A stretch of 64,000 bases of DNA from Thermoanaerobaculia bacterium (GCA_963666565.1 OY762911.1:3520001-3584000), one strand, 5' to 3'; shown: positions 27,628 to 36,890, counted from the stretch's first letter. Notes: generated from the sequence alone by a model not told the origin. Numbers and translations are program-made.

Positions 27628-27646
27628 GGATCGGTTCGACCGATCC
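27628..27646. promoter_or_regulatory. Perfect palindrome, operator candidate for the DUF1553-DUF1501 operon
   Basis: GGATCGGT-TCG-ACCGATCC, about 15-35 bp upstream of the DUF1553 start. Confidence 0.4.
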
Positions 27647-27798
27647 TATCCGTACACCGGAAGGCCCGGCAGCAGGACGACACACTACCCGGGAAGTCAA
27701 CCAACTCACTGCAACTCCGGTCAAGAGCTTCGCCCCTCCGCCTCCAAGAACACCTCGACCGCCTGGCCGTCGAGTGCCGCGAAGTCTGGCGAAGGCCA

Positions 27799-27975
27799 GC
27801 CCGAGGCGGACTGGAGGGGAGGGGTCCAGGGGGCTGGAGGCCAGCGACTGCCCATGCGCTTCCAGTAACCGGCGACCTGGCGGAGCGCAGCCGACCGCAG
27901 CGAGCGCCCAACCTCTCCATCCACCAGGAGGGCGCAAGCGACCCCTGGACCCCTCCCCTCCGGGCCGCCTCGGGC
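27799..27975. mobile_element. MITE-like / REPIN-like element with 34-bp terminal inverted repeats
   Basis: GCCCGAGGCGGACTGGAGGGGAGGGGTCCAGGGG (27799-27832) matches the reverse complement of 27942-27975 at 32/34 positions. Non-coding interior. Confidence 0.55.
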
Positions 27976-28034
27976 GGGTGCAGGCACCGGCGCGCCGATA
28001 CACTGCCGCCTTCTCGCCGCGGGAGAAACGCCTC

Positions 28035-29105
28035 ATGGACTTCGGCATCTGCGTCGCCAGCAAGATCGACGACATCGGCTACATCGAGCGGGCCGAGGCG
28101 CTCGGCTACAGCCACGCCTGGGTGGCGGACAGCCAGATGATCTGGTCCGACTGCTACGCGGTGCTGGCGCTGGCGGCTGAACGCACGAGCCGGATCAAGC
28201 TCGGAACCGGCGTCGCGATCACCGGCACGCGGATCGCGCCGGTCACGGCGCACAGCATCGCGACGATCAACCGGCTGGCGCCGGGGCGCACCTTCCTCGG
28301 CATCGGCGCCGGCAACACGGCGCTGCGGCTGATGGGGCACCGTCCCGTCGGCGTCGGGGAGTTCGGCGAGTACCTGCGGGTCGTGCGGGCGCTGCTCGAC
28401 GGCGAGGAGGTCGACTTCGCGTTCCGCGGCCGCACCGAGCCGCTCCGATTCCTGATGGAGGACCTCGGCTACATCGCCACCGAACCGCGGATTCCGATGT
28501 ACGTCTCCGGCTTCGGCCCCAAGAGCCAGGGACTGGCCGGCGAAGTCGGCGACGGACTGGTCATGTCCATTCCGCCGAACGCCTCGCTGTTCGACCGCGC
28601 CATCGAGAACTGCCGCCGCGGCGCCGAGGCTGCCGGTCGGGACTTTGACCGCGAGAGCTTCTACACCTGCTCGCTGACCACGGCCGTGATCCTCGAACCG
28701 GGCGAGGATCTCACGTCGCCGCGGGTAATCGAGGAGTGCGGCCCCTTCGTGCTGTCCGGCCTGCACTACCTGTACGACCAGCAGCACCAGTTCGACCGCG
28801 AACCGCCGCCTCACGTGCAGCCGATCTGGGACGAGTACCGCGCCCTCGTCGAGCGGACGCCGGAGCGCGGACGCCACCTGCGGGTCCATGCCGGCCACTG
28901 CACCTACTCGCTTCCCGAGGAAGAACGGTTCGTGACGCCCGACCTGATTCGCGCCTCCTGCCTCGCCGGCACCGCCGAGGAAGTCCGCGAGCAGGTCCGC
29001 GCGCTCGCCGGCGCCGGTCTCGACCAGCTCATGCTGCTGCCGTCGCTCGCCACGCAGGAACGGGTCATCCAGCAGTTCCACGACGAGGTGATGCTCCGCC
29101 TGTAG
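28035..29105 (+). CDS. LLM class flavin-dependent oxidoreductase (luciferase-like)
   Basis: AEALGYSHAWVADSQ, AERTSRIKLGTGV, LAPGRTFLGIGAG, GPKSQGLAGEVGDG. GGAG SD before the ATG at 28035. Confidence 0.88.
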   Translation: MDFGICVASKIDDIGYIERAEALGYSHAWVADSQMIWSDCYAVLALAAERTSRIKLGTGVAITGTRIAPVTAHSIATINRLAPGRTFLGIGAGNTALRLMGHRPVGVGEFGEYLRVVRALLDGEEVDFAFRGRTEPLRFLMEDLGYIATEPRIPMYVSGFGPKSQGLAGEVGDGLVMSIPPNASLFDRAIENCRRGAEAAGRDFDRESFYTCSLTTAVILEPGEDLTSPRVIEECGPFVLSGLHYLYDQQHQFDREPPPHVQPIWDEYRALVERTPERGRHLRVHAGHCTYSLPEEERFVTPDLIRASCLAGTAEEVREQVRALAGAGLDQLMLLPSLATQERVIQQFHDEVMLRL

Positions 29106-29128
29106 CGGACGGTCGCTACGATCGCCTG

Positions 29129-30271
29129 ATGCTCCTGCTGGTCCTGCCCTGGGACGCCGAGGCCGACGCGTCCGCCGAGTGGCGGTATCTCCGCCGCTGG
29201 CTGGCCGGCGAGGCGCGCTCCATCTTCGACGAGGTGGAAGTCGTCTCCGGACTGCCCGTCCGCTTGCCCCGAGAAGCCGAGGCGGTTCTCGTCCTGGAGT
29301 CGTGCCGCGTGCTGATCGGCCGGGCGTCCCTGCGGCGGATGCGGCGGGAACTGACCCGCGGCGCCGCCAGCGCCCGGGGCGCCGTCTACGCCACCGACCT
29401 GACGACGACCGGTCCCGAAGCCGGCAACGACCTGTTCACGCTCGCCGACTTCCAGCAGGCCGAGGCGGCCTGGCTGGCCGGGGGCGGCGAGGATCCGGCG
29501 GCGGCGCCGGCCGATGCCGGCGGCCGGGCCCACGGGCGGGCGGCCGTGGCGGACGGCGCAAGTCCAGCCGTGCTGCTGGCGCCCGAGGCGGTGGCCCGCT
29601 GGGCGGCCGGCGAACGGCCCGGCGGGCCGCGCGCCGGCCTCTGCTACCAGTTCATCGACTACTACGGCGGCGAGCGCGCCGATGTGCTGCCGCTGCTGCC
29701 CGACGACCTCGGACCGGCCTCCTCGGTACTCGAAGTCGGCTGCGGACGGGCGGCGACCGGAGCGCTGATCGGGGAGCGCTTCGGCTGCCGCGTCGTCGGC
29801 ATCGAACTGAACCCCGAAGCCGCGGCCGCCGCCGGGGAGCGTCTCGACCGGGTGATCCGCGGCGATGCCCAGACCCTCGAACCGGGAGAGACCTTCGACG
29901 CGATCGTCGCCTTCGAGCTCTTCGAACACCTGACGGACGGCCAGGACTTTCTCGAACGCGCCGCCGGCTGGCTCCGTCCCGGCGGGCGGATGGTGCTCTC
30001 CGTGCCCAACGTCGGCCACTACTCGGTGGTCGAGGATCTGATCGCCGGGCGCTGGGACTACGTGCCGATGGGCCTCCTCTGCGCCACCCACGTCCGCTTC
30101 TTCACCCGCCGTACGCTCGAGGACTGGCTGCACGCCGCCGGCTTCGACCGCTACCGGATCGACGCCCAGACCACTCCCTTGCCGGAGCGGCTCGACGCCT
30201 TGCCGGAGTCGCTGGCGCCCGACCGCGAGAGCCTGGCAACGGCCGGCTTCTACGTCTCGATCTTCCCGTAG
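29129..30271 (+). CDS. Class I SAM-dependent methyltransferase with a divergent N-terminal domain
   Basis: VLEVGCGRAATG, VGIELN, FDAIVAFELFEHL, LRPGGRMVLSVPN, THVRFFT. Confidence 0.8.
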   Translation: MLLLVLPWDAEADASAEWRYLRRWLAGEARSIFDEVEVVSGLPVRLPREAEAVLVLESCRVLIGRASLRRMRRELTRGAASARGAVYATDLTTTGPEAGNDLFTLADFQQAEAAWLAGGGEDPAAAPADAGGRAHGRAAVADGASPAVLLAPEAVARWAAGERPGGPRAGLCYQFIDYYGGERADVLPLLPDDLGPASSVLEVGCGRAATGALIGERFGCRVVGIELNPEAAAAAGERLDRVIRGDAQTLEPGETFDAIVAFELFEHLTDGQDFLERAAGWLRPGGRMVLSVPNVGHYSVVEDLIAGRWDYVPMGLLCATHVRFFTRRTLEDWLHAAGFDRYRIDAQTTPLPERLDALPESLAPDRESLATAGFYVSIFP

Positions 30272-30343
30272 CCGAGCAAGCCGACGGCGCCGGCTGGGCC
30301 GGCCTCGACGCGACGCCGCGTTGCGCCAGGTCCGCGACCGGAT

Positions 30344-31372
30344 TCACGCAGGCCCGTGCCTCGCCAGACCGCGGCGAAACGCCCGCAGCAGCGCTTCGCC
30401 GGTGCGGCGTTCCGTATAGGTCTCGGCGATCGCCCGGCCCGCCCCGCCGAGCCGCCGCCGCAGGTCCCGGTCGCGCCACATGCGCTCCACCGCGCCGCGA
30501 AGCGCCTTCCCGTCGCCGAACGGCGCCTTGATCGAAGCCCGGTCCTCCGGGTCGAGGTCGCGATGGGACGGAATGTCCGTCAGCACGCAGGGACGGGCGC
30601 AGCCCATCGCCTCCAGCGCGATCAGGCCGAAGCCTTCCAGCGGCGAGGACGGCCCGATGCACAGATCGACGCCCCGGATCAGCGCGGGCACCTCGGCGGG
30701 AGGCACGTGCCGGCGCCGTTCGGCCTCCGGCCACAGCGCCAGTTCCTCTTCGTTCGCGTCGAGCGACAGCCGGACCAGGTCGATCCGGCCGCCGGTCCGT
30801 TCGAACAGCGGGCGCAGGGCGCGCAGGCACCACGCCACGCCCTTGACCTCGAGATCCCAGTGGCCGCCGACCAGCACCCGAAGCCGACCGTCGTCGGTGC
30901 GTTCGCGCTCCGGCGGCCGGAACAGATCGGGCTCGAACGGCTGCGGGATGAGGCGCGCCGGCACGCCGTGGCGGTCGCGCACGGTGCGTGCGAGGTACGG
31001 CGACACGACCAGCTTCAGCGCCGGCAGGTCGTACGCGGAGCGCATGGCCTCGCGGTCGGCCGTCGCCAGTGTGTCGTGGCCCGGTTCGTACCCCTGGCAC
31101 AGGTGGCAGGCCAGCCGGTCGGCGATCTCGACCGCGACGGCGACGGTCGGCGCCAACGTGCCGACCGCGACCTCGACGCGCGGCAGAAACCGCCGTTCGA
31201 GCGCCTCGACCCGGCGGTAGAAGGCGCCGGCGCCATCGAACCAGTCCGGACACGGATCCGGCGAGTGCACCGTGGCCTCGACCCCAAGTCGCCGAAGCGC
31301 GCGCGCGTGCTGGAGCACCACCTTGACGCCGCCATAGAGCGCGGCGCCCGGCAGGAGATAGGCGACTCTCAG
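30344..31372 (-). CDS. Glycosyltransferase family 4 protein (probable CTG start)
   Basis: In-frame LRVAYLL..LYGGVKVV N-terminal strand; KGV; EGFGLIALEAMGCARPCVLTD. The first canonical start (GTG at 31321) would cut off the conserved N-terminus. Confidence 0.8.
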   Translation of the reverse strand: MRVAYLLPGAALYGGVKVVLQHARALRRLGVEATVHSPDPCPDWFDGAGAFYRRVEALERRFLPRVEVAVGTLAPTVAVAVEIADRLACHLCQGYEPGHDTLATADREAMRSAYDLPALKLVVSPYLARTVRDRHGVPARLIPQPFEPDLFRPPERERTDDGRLRVLVGGHWDLEVKGVAWCLRALRPLFERTGGRIDLVRLSLDANEEELALWPEAERRRHVPPAEVPALIRGVDLCIGPSSPLEGFGLIALEAMGCARPCVLTDIPSHRDLDPEDRASIKAPFGDGKALRGAVERMWRDRDLRRRLGGAGRAIAETYTERRTGEALLRAFRRGLARHGPA

Positions 31373-31454
31373 GCCGGGATCTCCGGCCGCCAGCCCGCGG
31401 CGGCGCGCGGCGCGTTCCGCCCGGCGACGGCGTCGCGACCGTCGCGCGCTCTCC

Positions 31455-32834
31455 TCACGCGACGATCCCGAGCGGCGGCCGGGTCCGGTAGGCGCCCCGC
31501 GTGAAGTCGGGGAACTCGACCGGCGCGCTGCCCCGCGCCACGGACAGTTCGCTCAGTTCCACCGGCGCGGACAGCGCGGCCGCGTCGTAGACGTCCATTT
31601 CGGTCGGCGTGCCTTCGATCAGGCACCGCACGAGGCGGTAGTCCTCCAGGTAGTCCATGCCGCCGTGGCCGGCGCCCTCGGCGTCGCCCGCCCGCTCCGC
31701 CCAGAGCGGGTGCTCGAACCGCTCGCGGTAGGGCTCCACATCGCTCCAGTCTCCATGCTCCTCCGACTCGCCCTCGACGAAGATGCGGTCCGGGAACCCG
31801 GCGAACACCCCCTGGGTGCCCTGGACCAGGTTGAGCCGGCTGTAGGGCCGGGGCGTCGTCGTGTCGTACTGGAGCAGGATGCTGCGGCCACGCCGGGTGC
31901 GGATCAGGCTGGAGTTCATGTCGCCCAGGGCGTAGCGGACCTGGGCGCGCGGGTCGTCGGCGCCGAAGCGCTCCGCCGCGTACTTCGCCAGGCCGCGGGC
32001 CGGGCTCGACAGCGACACGAGGTAGTCGAAGCAGTCGCCGCGATTGATGTCCATGCAGTTGGCCACCGGGCCGAGGCCGTGGGTCGGATAGAGGTTCGCG
32101 TTCCTCTCGACGGAGTGCCGCAGCCGCCACAGGCCCTCGTTCGCGTCGGAGAACTTGAGCGACCGCAGGTCGTGGATGTAGGCGGCCTCGCCGTGCAGCA
32201 GCTCGCCGAGGAGGCCCTGGCGCACCATGTTCAGGACCATCATCTCGCTGCGGCCGTAGTTGCAGTTCTCCATCATCACGCAGTGGCGGGCGGTGCGTTC
32301 CGCGGTATCGACGAGACGCCAGCAGCCCTCCAGCGTGATCGCGGCAGGCACCTCGACCGCCGTGTGCTTCCCCGTCTCCATCGCCTCGACGCAGACCGGA
32401 ACGTGCCAGCGCCAGGGAGTCGAGTTGAAGACGAGGTCGATGTCGTCGCGTTCGCAGAGCCGGCGGTAGTCCGTCTCGCCGCGCGTGTAGAGCTCGGGCG
32501 GCGCCTGCCCCGCCTCGGCGACCCAGGACGCGACCTCTTCGGCCCGCGGTTCGTCGATGTCGCAGATCGCCTTGACTTCCACTCCTTCGATGCGGAGGAA
32601 GTTCCGCACGTGGCCGCCGCCCTGCAGGCCGACGCCGACGAAACCGATCCGCACCCGATCGAGCGGCGGCGCGGCGAAGCCGGCGCGGTACGCCTCGAGC
32701 GCCGCGTCGTCCGGCCGCGGCGCCGCCGCGGCCCCGTCAGGCGCCTGGCCGGCCGCCGCCCGGACGCCGAGAGCGACCGCCGCGGGTCCCACCCACGCGG
32801 CCCTAAGCAGATCGCGGCGGCCCCAATCGGGCAT
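31455..32834 (-). CDS. Gfo/Idh/MocA family, GH109-like NAD-dependent alpha-N-acetylgalactosaminidase (Tat-exported)
   Basis: RRDLL Tat motif; RIGFVGVG; TPWRWH; EVPAA; MENCNY; AAYIHDL; YPTHGLGP; GHGGMD. Confidence 0.85.
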   Translation of the reverse strand: MPDWGRRDLLRAAWVGPAAVALGVRAAAGQAPDGAAAAPRPDDAALEAYRAGFAAPPLDRVRIGFVGVGLQGGGHVRNFLRIEGVEVKAICDIDEPRAEEVASWVAEAGQAPPELYTRGETDYRRLCERDDIDLVFNSTPWRWHVPVCVEAMETGKHTAVEVPAAITLEGCWRLVDTAERTARHCVMMENCNYGRSEMMVLNMVRQGLLGELLHGEAAYIHDLRSLKFSDANEGLWRLRHSVERNANLYPTHGLGPVANCMDINRGDCFDYLVSLSSPARGLAKYAAERFGADDPRAQVRYALGDMNSSLIRTRRGRSILLQYDTTTPRPYSRLNLVQGTQGVFAGFPDRIFVEGESEEHGDWSDVEPYRERFEHPLWAERAGDAEGAGHGGMDYLEDYRLVRCLIEGTPTEMDVYDAAALSAPVELSELSVARGSAPVEFPDFTRGAYRTRPPLGIVA

Positions 32835-32837
32835 TTC

Positions 32838-33641
32838 TCAGAAGTCGAAGAAGTCGTCGTCGCCGCCGCCGAGGTAGGACGCTTCCTCGTCGAGCCAGGC
32901 CTGGAACTCCTCCTCGGTGTGCACGGTCAGGAAACCGCGCATCGAGTAGTGGCTGTTGCCGCAGAGCTGGGCGCAGGCGATCTCGTAGACGTAGTCCGGG
33001 TTGCCGGTCTCCTCCCGGATCTGGGCCGTCGTCTTGGTCGGCACGAACCAGACCGGAATCGAGATGCCCGGGATCGTGTCCTGCTTGATCCGCATGTTCG
33101 GCAGGTTGAAGCTGTGGATCACGTCCTTGGACGACAGGTGGATGATCGCCGCCTTGTCGACCGGGAGGTGCAACTGGTTCACGGTCCAGATGTCGTCGGC
33201 GCCGGCCTCGCTGTCGCGGTCGAGGCCGATCGGATTGGTCGCCTCGTCTATCAGCGACAGGTTCTGCGCGCCGAACTCGCCGTCGGCGCCGGGATACCAG
33301 ACGTTCCAGGCGAACTGCTGCGCCACGATCCGCACGACCGTCGCGTCGGACTCCGGCGGCACCTCGTCCACCCGTTCCGCCCACATGGGGATCGAGAAGC
33401 CCAGCAGGAGAATCCCTTCCGCGATCGCCACGGCGACCTCGCCGTAGGTGCTCGCCTTGCTCTTGACGCCGACGTAGTCCGCCTTCGGGTTGCGGCTGGC
33501 GCGGAAGCGCATCAGCACGTACACGAAGAACACGCCCCAGACGATGAAGAGCGCGAGCATCAGGTAATGCACCGCGTCGATCATGTTGTCGATCCGGCCG
33601 GCGTGCTCCGACGCCGCGGCCGGGAACATGGCATCCATCAT
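32838..33641 (-). CDS. coxB: Cytochrome c oxidase subunit II (CuA), no fused cytochrome c
   Basis: QQFAW, DVIHSF, KQDTIPG, CAQLCGNSHYSM. Confidence 0.92.
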   Translation of the reverse strand: MMDAMFPAAASEHAGRIDNMIDAVHYLMLALFIVWGVFFVYVLMRFRASRNPKADYVGVKSKASTYGEVAVAIAEGILLLGFSIPMWAERVDEVPPESDATVVRIVAQQFAWNVWYPGADGEFGAQNLSLIDEATNPIGLDRDSEAGADDIWTVNQLHLPVDKAAIIHLSSKDVIHSFNLPNMRIKQDTIPGISIPVWFVPTKTTAQIREETGNPDYVYEIACAQLCGNSHYSMRGFLTVHTEEEFQAWLDEEASYLGGGDDDFFDF

Positions 33642-34111
33642 GACTTGACAGGCTCCTCAACGGTGCTCCACCAGGGCGGCACCGGGTCGGTTCGCAGACG
33701 CCGCGCGCGGCGCCGGAGATAGAGAAAGAAGAGAACGAAGGCCCCCTGCATCACGAAGACCGCGGCCAGCAGGAACCAGACCCCGGCTCGGGCCGCGTCG
33801 ATCATCGTCCCTTCGGCGGCCCCGTAGCAGACCGAGCAGGCCCACGCCGCCGGTTCGGAGGCGAAGAGCCACGCCGCCACGGCAACGGGAATCGTGCGGA
33901 ACAGCTTGCGGCGGCGAGCCCATTCCTCCTCGGGCGTCGTGATCTTCCGCCAGAACCAGATGCCGTACCAGACGAGCGCCGCCGCGACCGCGAAGGACAG
34001 AACGGCGCCTGCCGCGTACGCGCTCCCCTGAGCCAGGCACCAGCCGCCGAAGAACAGCGCCAGGAGAACGGCGCTGCCGACGAAGACGATGTGGATGACC
34101 TTCAGGTTCAT
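33638..34111 (-). CDS. Small membrane protein of the oxidase operon with a CxxC motif
   Basis: Several hydrophobic segments; ACSVCYG; stop overlaps the coxB start. Confidence 0.65.
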   Translation of the reverse strand: MNLKVIHIVFVGSAVLLALFFGGWCLAQGSAYAAGAVLSFAVAAALVWYGIWFWRKITTPEEEWARRRKLFRTIPVAVAAWLFASEPAAWACSVCYGAAEGTMIDAARAGVWFLLAAVFVMQGAFVLFFLYLRRRARRLRTDPVPPWWSTVEEPVKS

Positions 34112-34130
34112 GGCTCGATCGGCGGGACCG

Positions 34131-34460
34131 TCAATGCGGCTCGTGCGCCTCGACTTCGGCGAACTCCCCTACCTGGTCCGTTACCGAGGTCAGGAGCGGC
34201 AACGCCATCAGGGCGATGAAGAACGCGACGGTCAGCGCCAGCGTCCAGTAGATGATCTTCTTCTCGTCGATCAGGTGCATGAAGAAGCAGGCGACCAGGG
34301 ACGCCTTGACGCTGGCGATGAACAGGCCGATGGTGAGGGCCACCGGCACCGAGACGTCCAGGTAGTACGCGCCGACCGTGGCGGCGGTGCCCACCATCAG
34401 GGCGCCGAACACCATGAAGTAGATGCGGACCTGCTTGTCGATATCGACGTGTTCACTCAT
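34131..34460 (-). CDS. Cytochrome c oxidase subunit IV family protein
   Basis: YFMVFGALMVGT..TV, IASVKASLVACFFMHL. Confidence 0.85.
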   Translation of the reverse strand: MSEHVDIDKQVRIYFMVFGALMVGTAATVGAYYLDVSVPVALTIGLFIASVKASLVACFFMHLIDEKKIIYWTLALTVAFFIALMALPLLTSVTDQVGEFAEVEAHEPH

Positions 34461-34512
34461 GGAATGCGACTCGCTCCAGGGTTGACCAGAGGTTCAGGGC
34501 GGCAGGCGTCCG

Positions 34513-35112
34513 CTACAGCAGGTAGAAGACGGGGAAGAGGAAGATCCAGACCAGGTCGACGAAGTGCCAGAACAGCCCGGAGTGCTCGACCCGGTCGGTC
34601 AGCCACTGCCGGTTCGTGTGGAACAGCTTCGACCCCGGCCCCGTGAAGTACGCGTTCCAGGCCATGCCGCCGATCACGTGCAGGGCGTGGAGACCGGTCA
34701 TCGCGAAGTAGATGGCGAGGAAGGTGCTCGACTCCGGGTAGTGGTCGTGCGCGAACTTCGCCGTGTACTCGAAGTACTTGATGACCAGGAAGACGCCGCC
34801 GCAGCCGACGGTCAGCCAGCCGAACAGCTTGAACCGGCCCAGTTGCCCGCGCATCAGCGACGCCCAGGCCATGACCATCGTCAGACTGGAGGCGATCAGC
34901 ACCAAGGTGTTCACCGTCGCCAGCAGAATGTTGAGCTCCGCCTCGGCTTGCATCGCGGCCCAGTTGCCGTCCGACCCGATACGCAGCATGATGAACGTGG
35001 CGAACAGCGCGCCGAACAGCATGACCTCCGAGGTCAGGAACAGCCAGATCCCGATCTTGCCGTTGTTGAGCCCCGTTTCGGGGTGGGCCTCTACCGTGTA
35101 GGGGATTTCCAT
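34513..35112 (-). CDS. coxC: Heme-copper oxidase subunit III
   Basis: WLFLTSEVMLFG, NTLVLIASS, MTGLHALHV, WHFVDLVWIFLF. Confidence 0.92.
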   Translation of the reverse strand: MEIPYTVEAHPETGLNNGKIGIWLFLTSEVMLFGALFATFIMLRIGSDGNWAAMQAEAELNILLATVNTLVLIASSLTMVMAWASLMRGQLGRFKLFGWLTVGCGGVFLVIKYFEYTAKFAHDHYPESSTFLAIYFAMTGLHALHVIGGMAWNAYFTGPGSKLFHTNRQWLTDRVEHSGLFWHFVDLVWIFLFPVFYLL

Positions 35113-35132
35113 CTCTTGATGTCCTCGAACGG

Positions 35133-36890
35133 TCAGGTTGAGGCCGGTTCGGCCTGTGGGACGTAGTCCTTGTCGCTACCCGGGACGCTGTACTCGTACG
35201 GCCCGCGCACGACCTCGATCGGTCGATCGAAGTTCCCGTGCGGCGCCGGCGACGGCGCCAGCCACTCGACGGTGGTCGAGTTCCAGGGGTTGCGACCGGC
35301 CTTCTCGCCGTTCCGGATGCTCATGAAGAAGTTGACGATGAACGGAATCTGCGCGACCGCCAGACACCAGGCCGAAACCGACATCATCCGGTTCAGACCG
35401 GCGACCTCGCCCGCGAAGTCGTAGCTGATGCCGCCGTCCGCGAGACGCCGGGAGACGCCGTTCAGGCCCTGGATCATCATCGGGAAGAAGACCCCGTTCA
35501 TGAAGACGAGCGAGGGCCAGAAGTGGAGCTTGCCCAGGAACTCGTTCATCTTGCGCCCCGTCACCTTGGGGAACCAGTAGTAGACGCCGGCGAACAGCGC
35601 GAACAGGGTTCCGGGCGCCACCACGTAGTGGAAGTGGCCGATCACGTAGTAGGTGTCGTGGAGCGGGATGTCCGCGGCCGAGAGGCCGAGCGGCAGCCCG
35701 GTCAGCCCTCCTATGCCGAACATCGGCAGGAAGCCGAGCGCGAACAGCATCGGCGTGTTGTAGCGGATGGAACCGCCCCACAGCGAGATGAAGAGCGCGC
35801 TCAGGATGATGACCGACGGAATCGAGATGATCATCGTCGTCGTCTGGAAGAAGGTGGACATCACCGAGCCCATGCCCGTGATGAACATGTGGTGCGCCCA
35901 GACGATGAAGCTCATGAAGCCGAGGAAGATCAGCGAGTAGACCATCGAGCGGTAGCCCCAGAGCGGCTTGCGGGAGTTGTTCGCGATCACCTCGGCGACG
36001 ATCCCCATCGCCGGCAGGATGAGCACGTAGACCTCCGGGTGGGCCAGGAACCAGAACAGGTGCTGCCAGAGCAGCGGACTGCCGCCTCCGCTCCGGTCGA
36101 CCACTTCGCCGCCGACCACCAGCCCCTCCGGAATGAAGAAGCTGGTGTTGGCCACCCGGTCCAGCAACTGCAGGACCCCCGCGGCCTCGAGCGGCGGGAA
36201 GGCCAGCAGCAGGAGGAAGGCGGTCACGATCTGGGCCCAGCAGAAGAACGGCAAACGCATCCAGGTCATCCCGGGCGCGCGGAGCTGGACCGCCGTCGTG
36301 ATGAAGTTGATCGCGCCCAGCAGCGACGAGGTGATCAGGAAGATCATCCCGATCAGCCACGCGGTCTGGCCGTTCAGCGCGATGTCCGCCAGCGGCGAGT
36401 AGGAGGTCCAGCCGTTGCCCGCGGCGCCGTTCGGCAGGAAGAAGCTGGCGAACATCGTCACGCCGCCCAGGAACAGGCACCAGTAGCTGATCATGTTGAT
36501 CCGCGGGAAGGCCATGTCCGGGGCGCCGAGCTGCAGCGGCATGACGAAGTTGCCGAAGCCGCCGACCGCCAGCGGCACGACCCCCAGGAACACCATGATC
36601 GTGCCGTGCATGGCGCCGAGCTCGTTGTAGAAGTCCGGCAGCATGATGCCGCCCGGCGCCCGGTTCTCGCCGAGGAGCGAGCCGATCAGGGGAATCGGCT
36701 CGCCCGGGTAGGCGAGATTCCAGCGCATCACCATCATCAGGGCGAACCCGAAGAGGAGAAACGCGAGGCCGGTGACGGAGTACTGGACGCCGATCACCTT
36801 GTGATCGGTCGAGAAGATGTACTTCCGCCAGAAGCTCTGCTCGTGGTGATGCTCTTCGTGTGCGGGTGAAGCGTGAACGGGCTCCGCCAT
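35133..36890 (-). CDS. coxA: Cytochrome c oxidase subunit I (A1-type)
   Basis: DHKVIG, MHGTIM, DMAFPR, WQHLFWFLAHPEVY, VWAHHM, HDTYYVIGHFHY, RR. Confidence 0.96.
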   Translation of the reverse strand: MAEPVHASPAHEEHHHEQSFWRKYIFSTDHKVIGVQYSVTGLAFLLFGFALMMVMRWNLAYPGEPIPLIGSLLGENRAPGGIMLPDFYNELGAMHGTIMVFLGVVPLAVGGFGNFVMPLQLGAPDMAFPRINMISYWCLFLGGVTMFASFFLPNGAAGNGWTSYSPLADIALNGQTAWLIGMIFLITSSLLGAINFITTAVQLRAPGMTWMRLPFFCWAQIVTAFLLLLAFPPLEAAGVLQLLDRVANTSFFIPEGLVVGGEVVDRSGGGSPLLWQHLFWFLAHPEVYVLILPAMGIVAEVIANNSRKPLWGYRSMVYSLIFLGFMSFIVWAHHMFITGMGSVMSTFFQTTTMIISIPSVIILSALFISLWGGSIRYNTPMLFALGFLPMFGIGGLTGLPLGLSAADIPLHDTYYVIGHFHYVVAPGTLFALFAGVYYWFPKVTGRKMNEFLGKLHFWPSLVFMNGVFFPMMIQGLNGVSRRLADGGISYDFAGEVAGLNRMMSVSAWCLAVAQIPFIVNFFMSIRNGEKAGRNPWNSTTVEWLAPSPAPHGNFDRPIEVVRGPYEYSVPGSDKDYVPQAEPAST

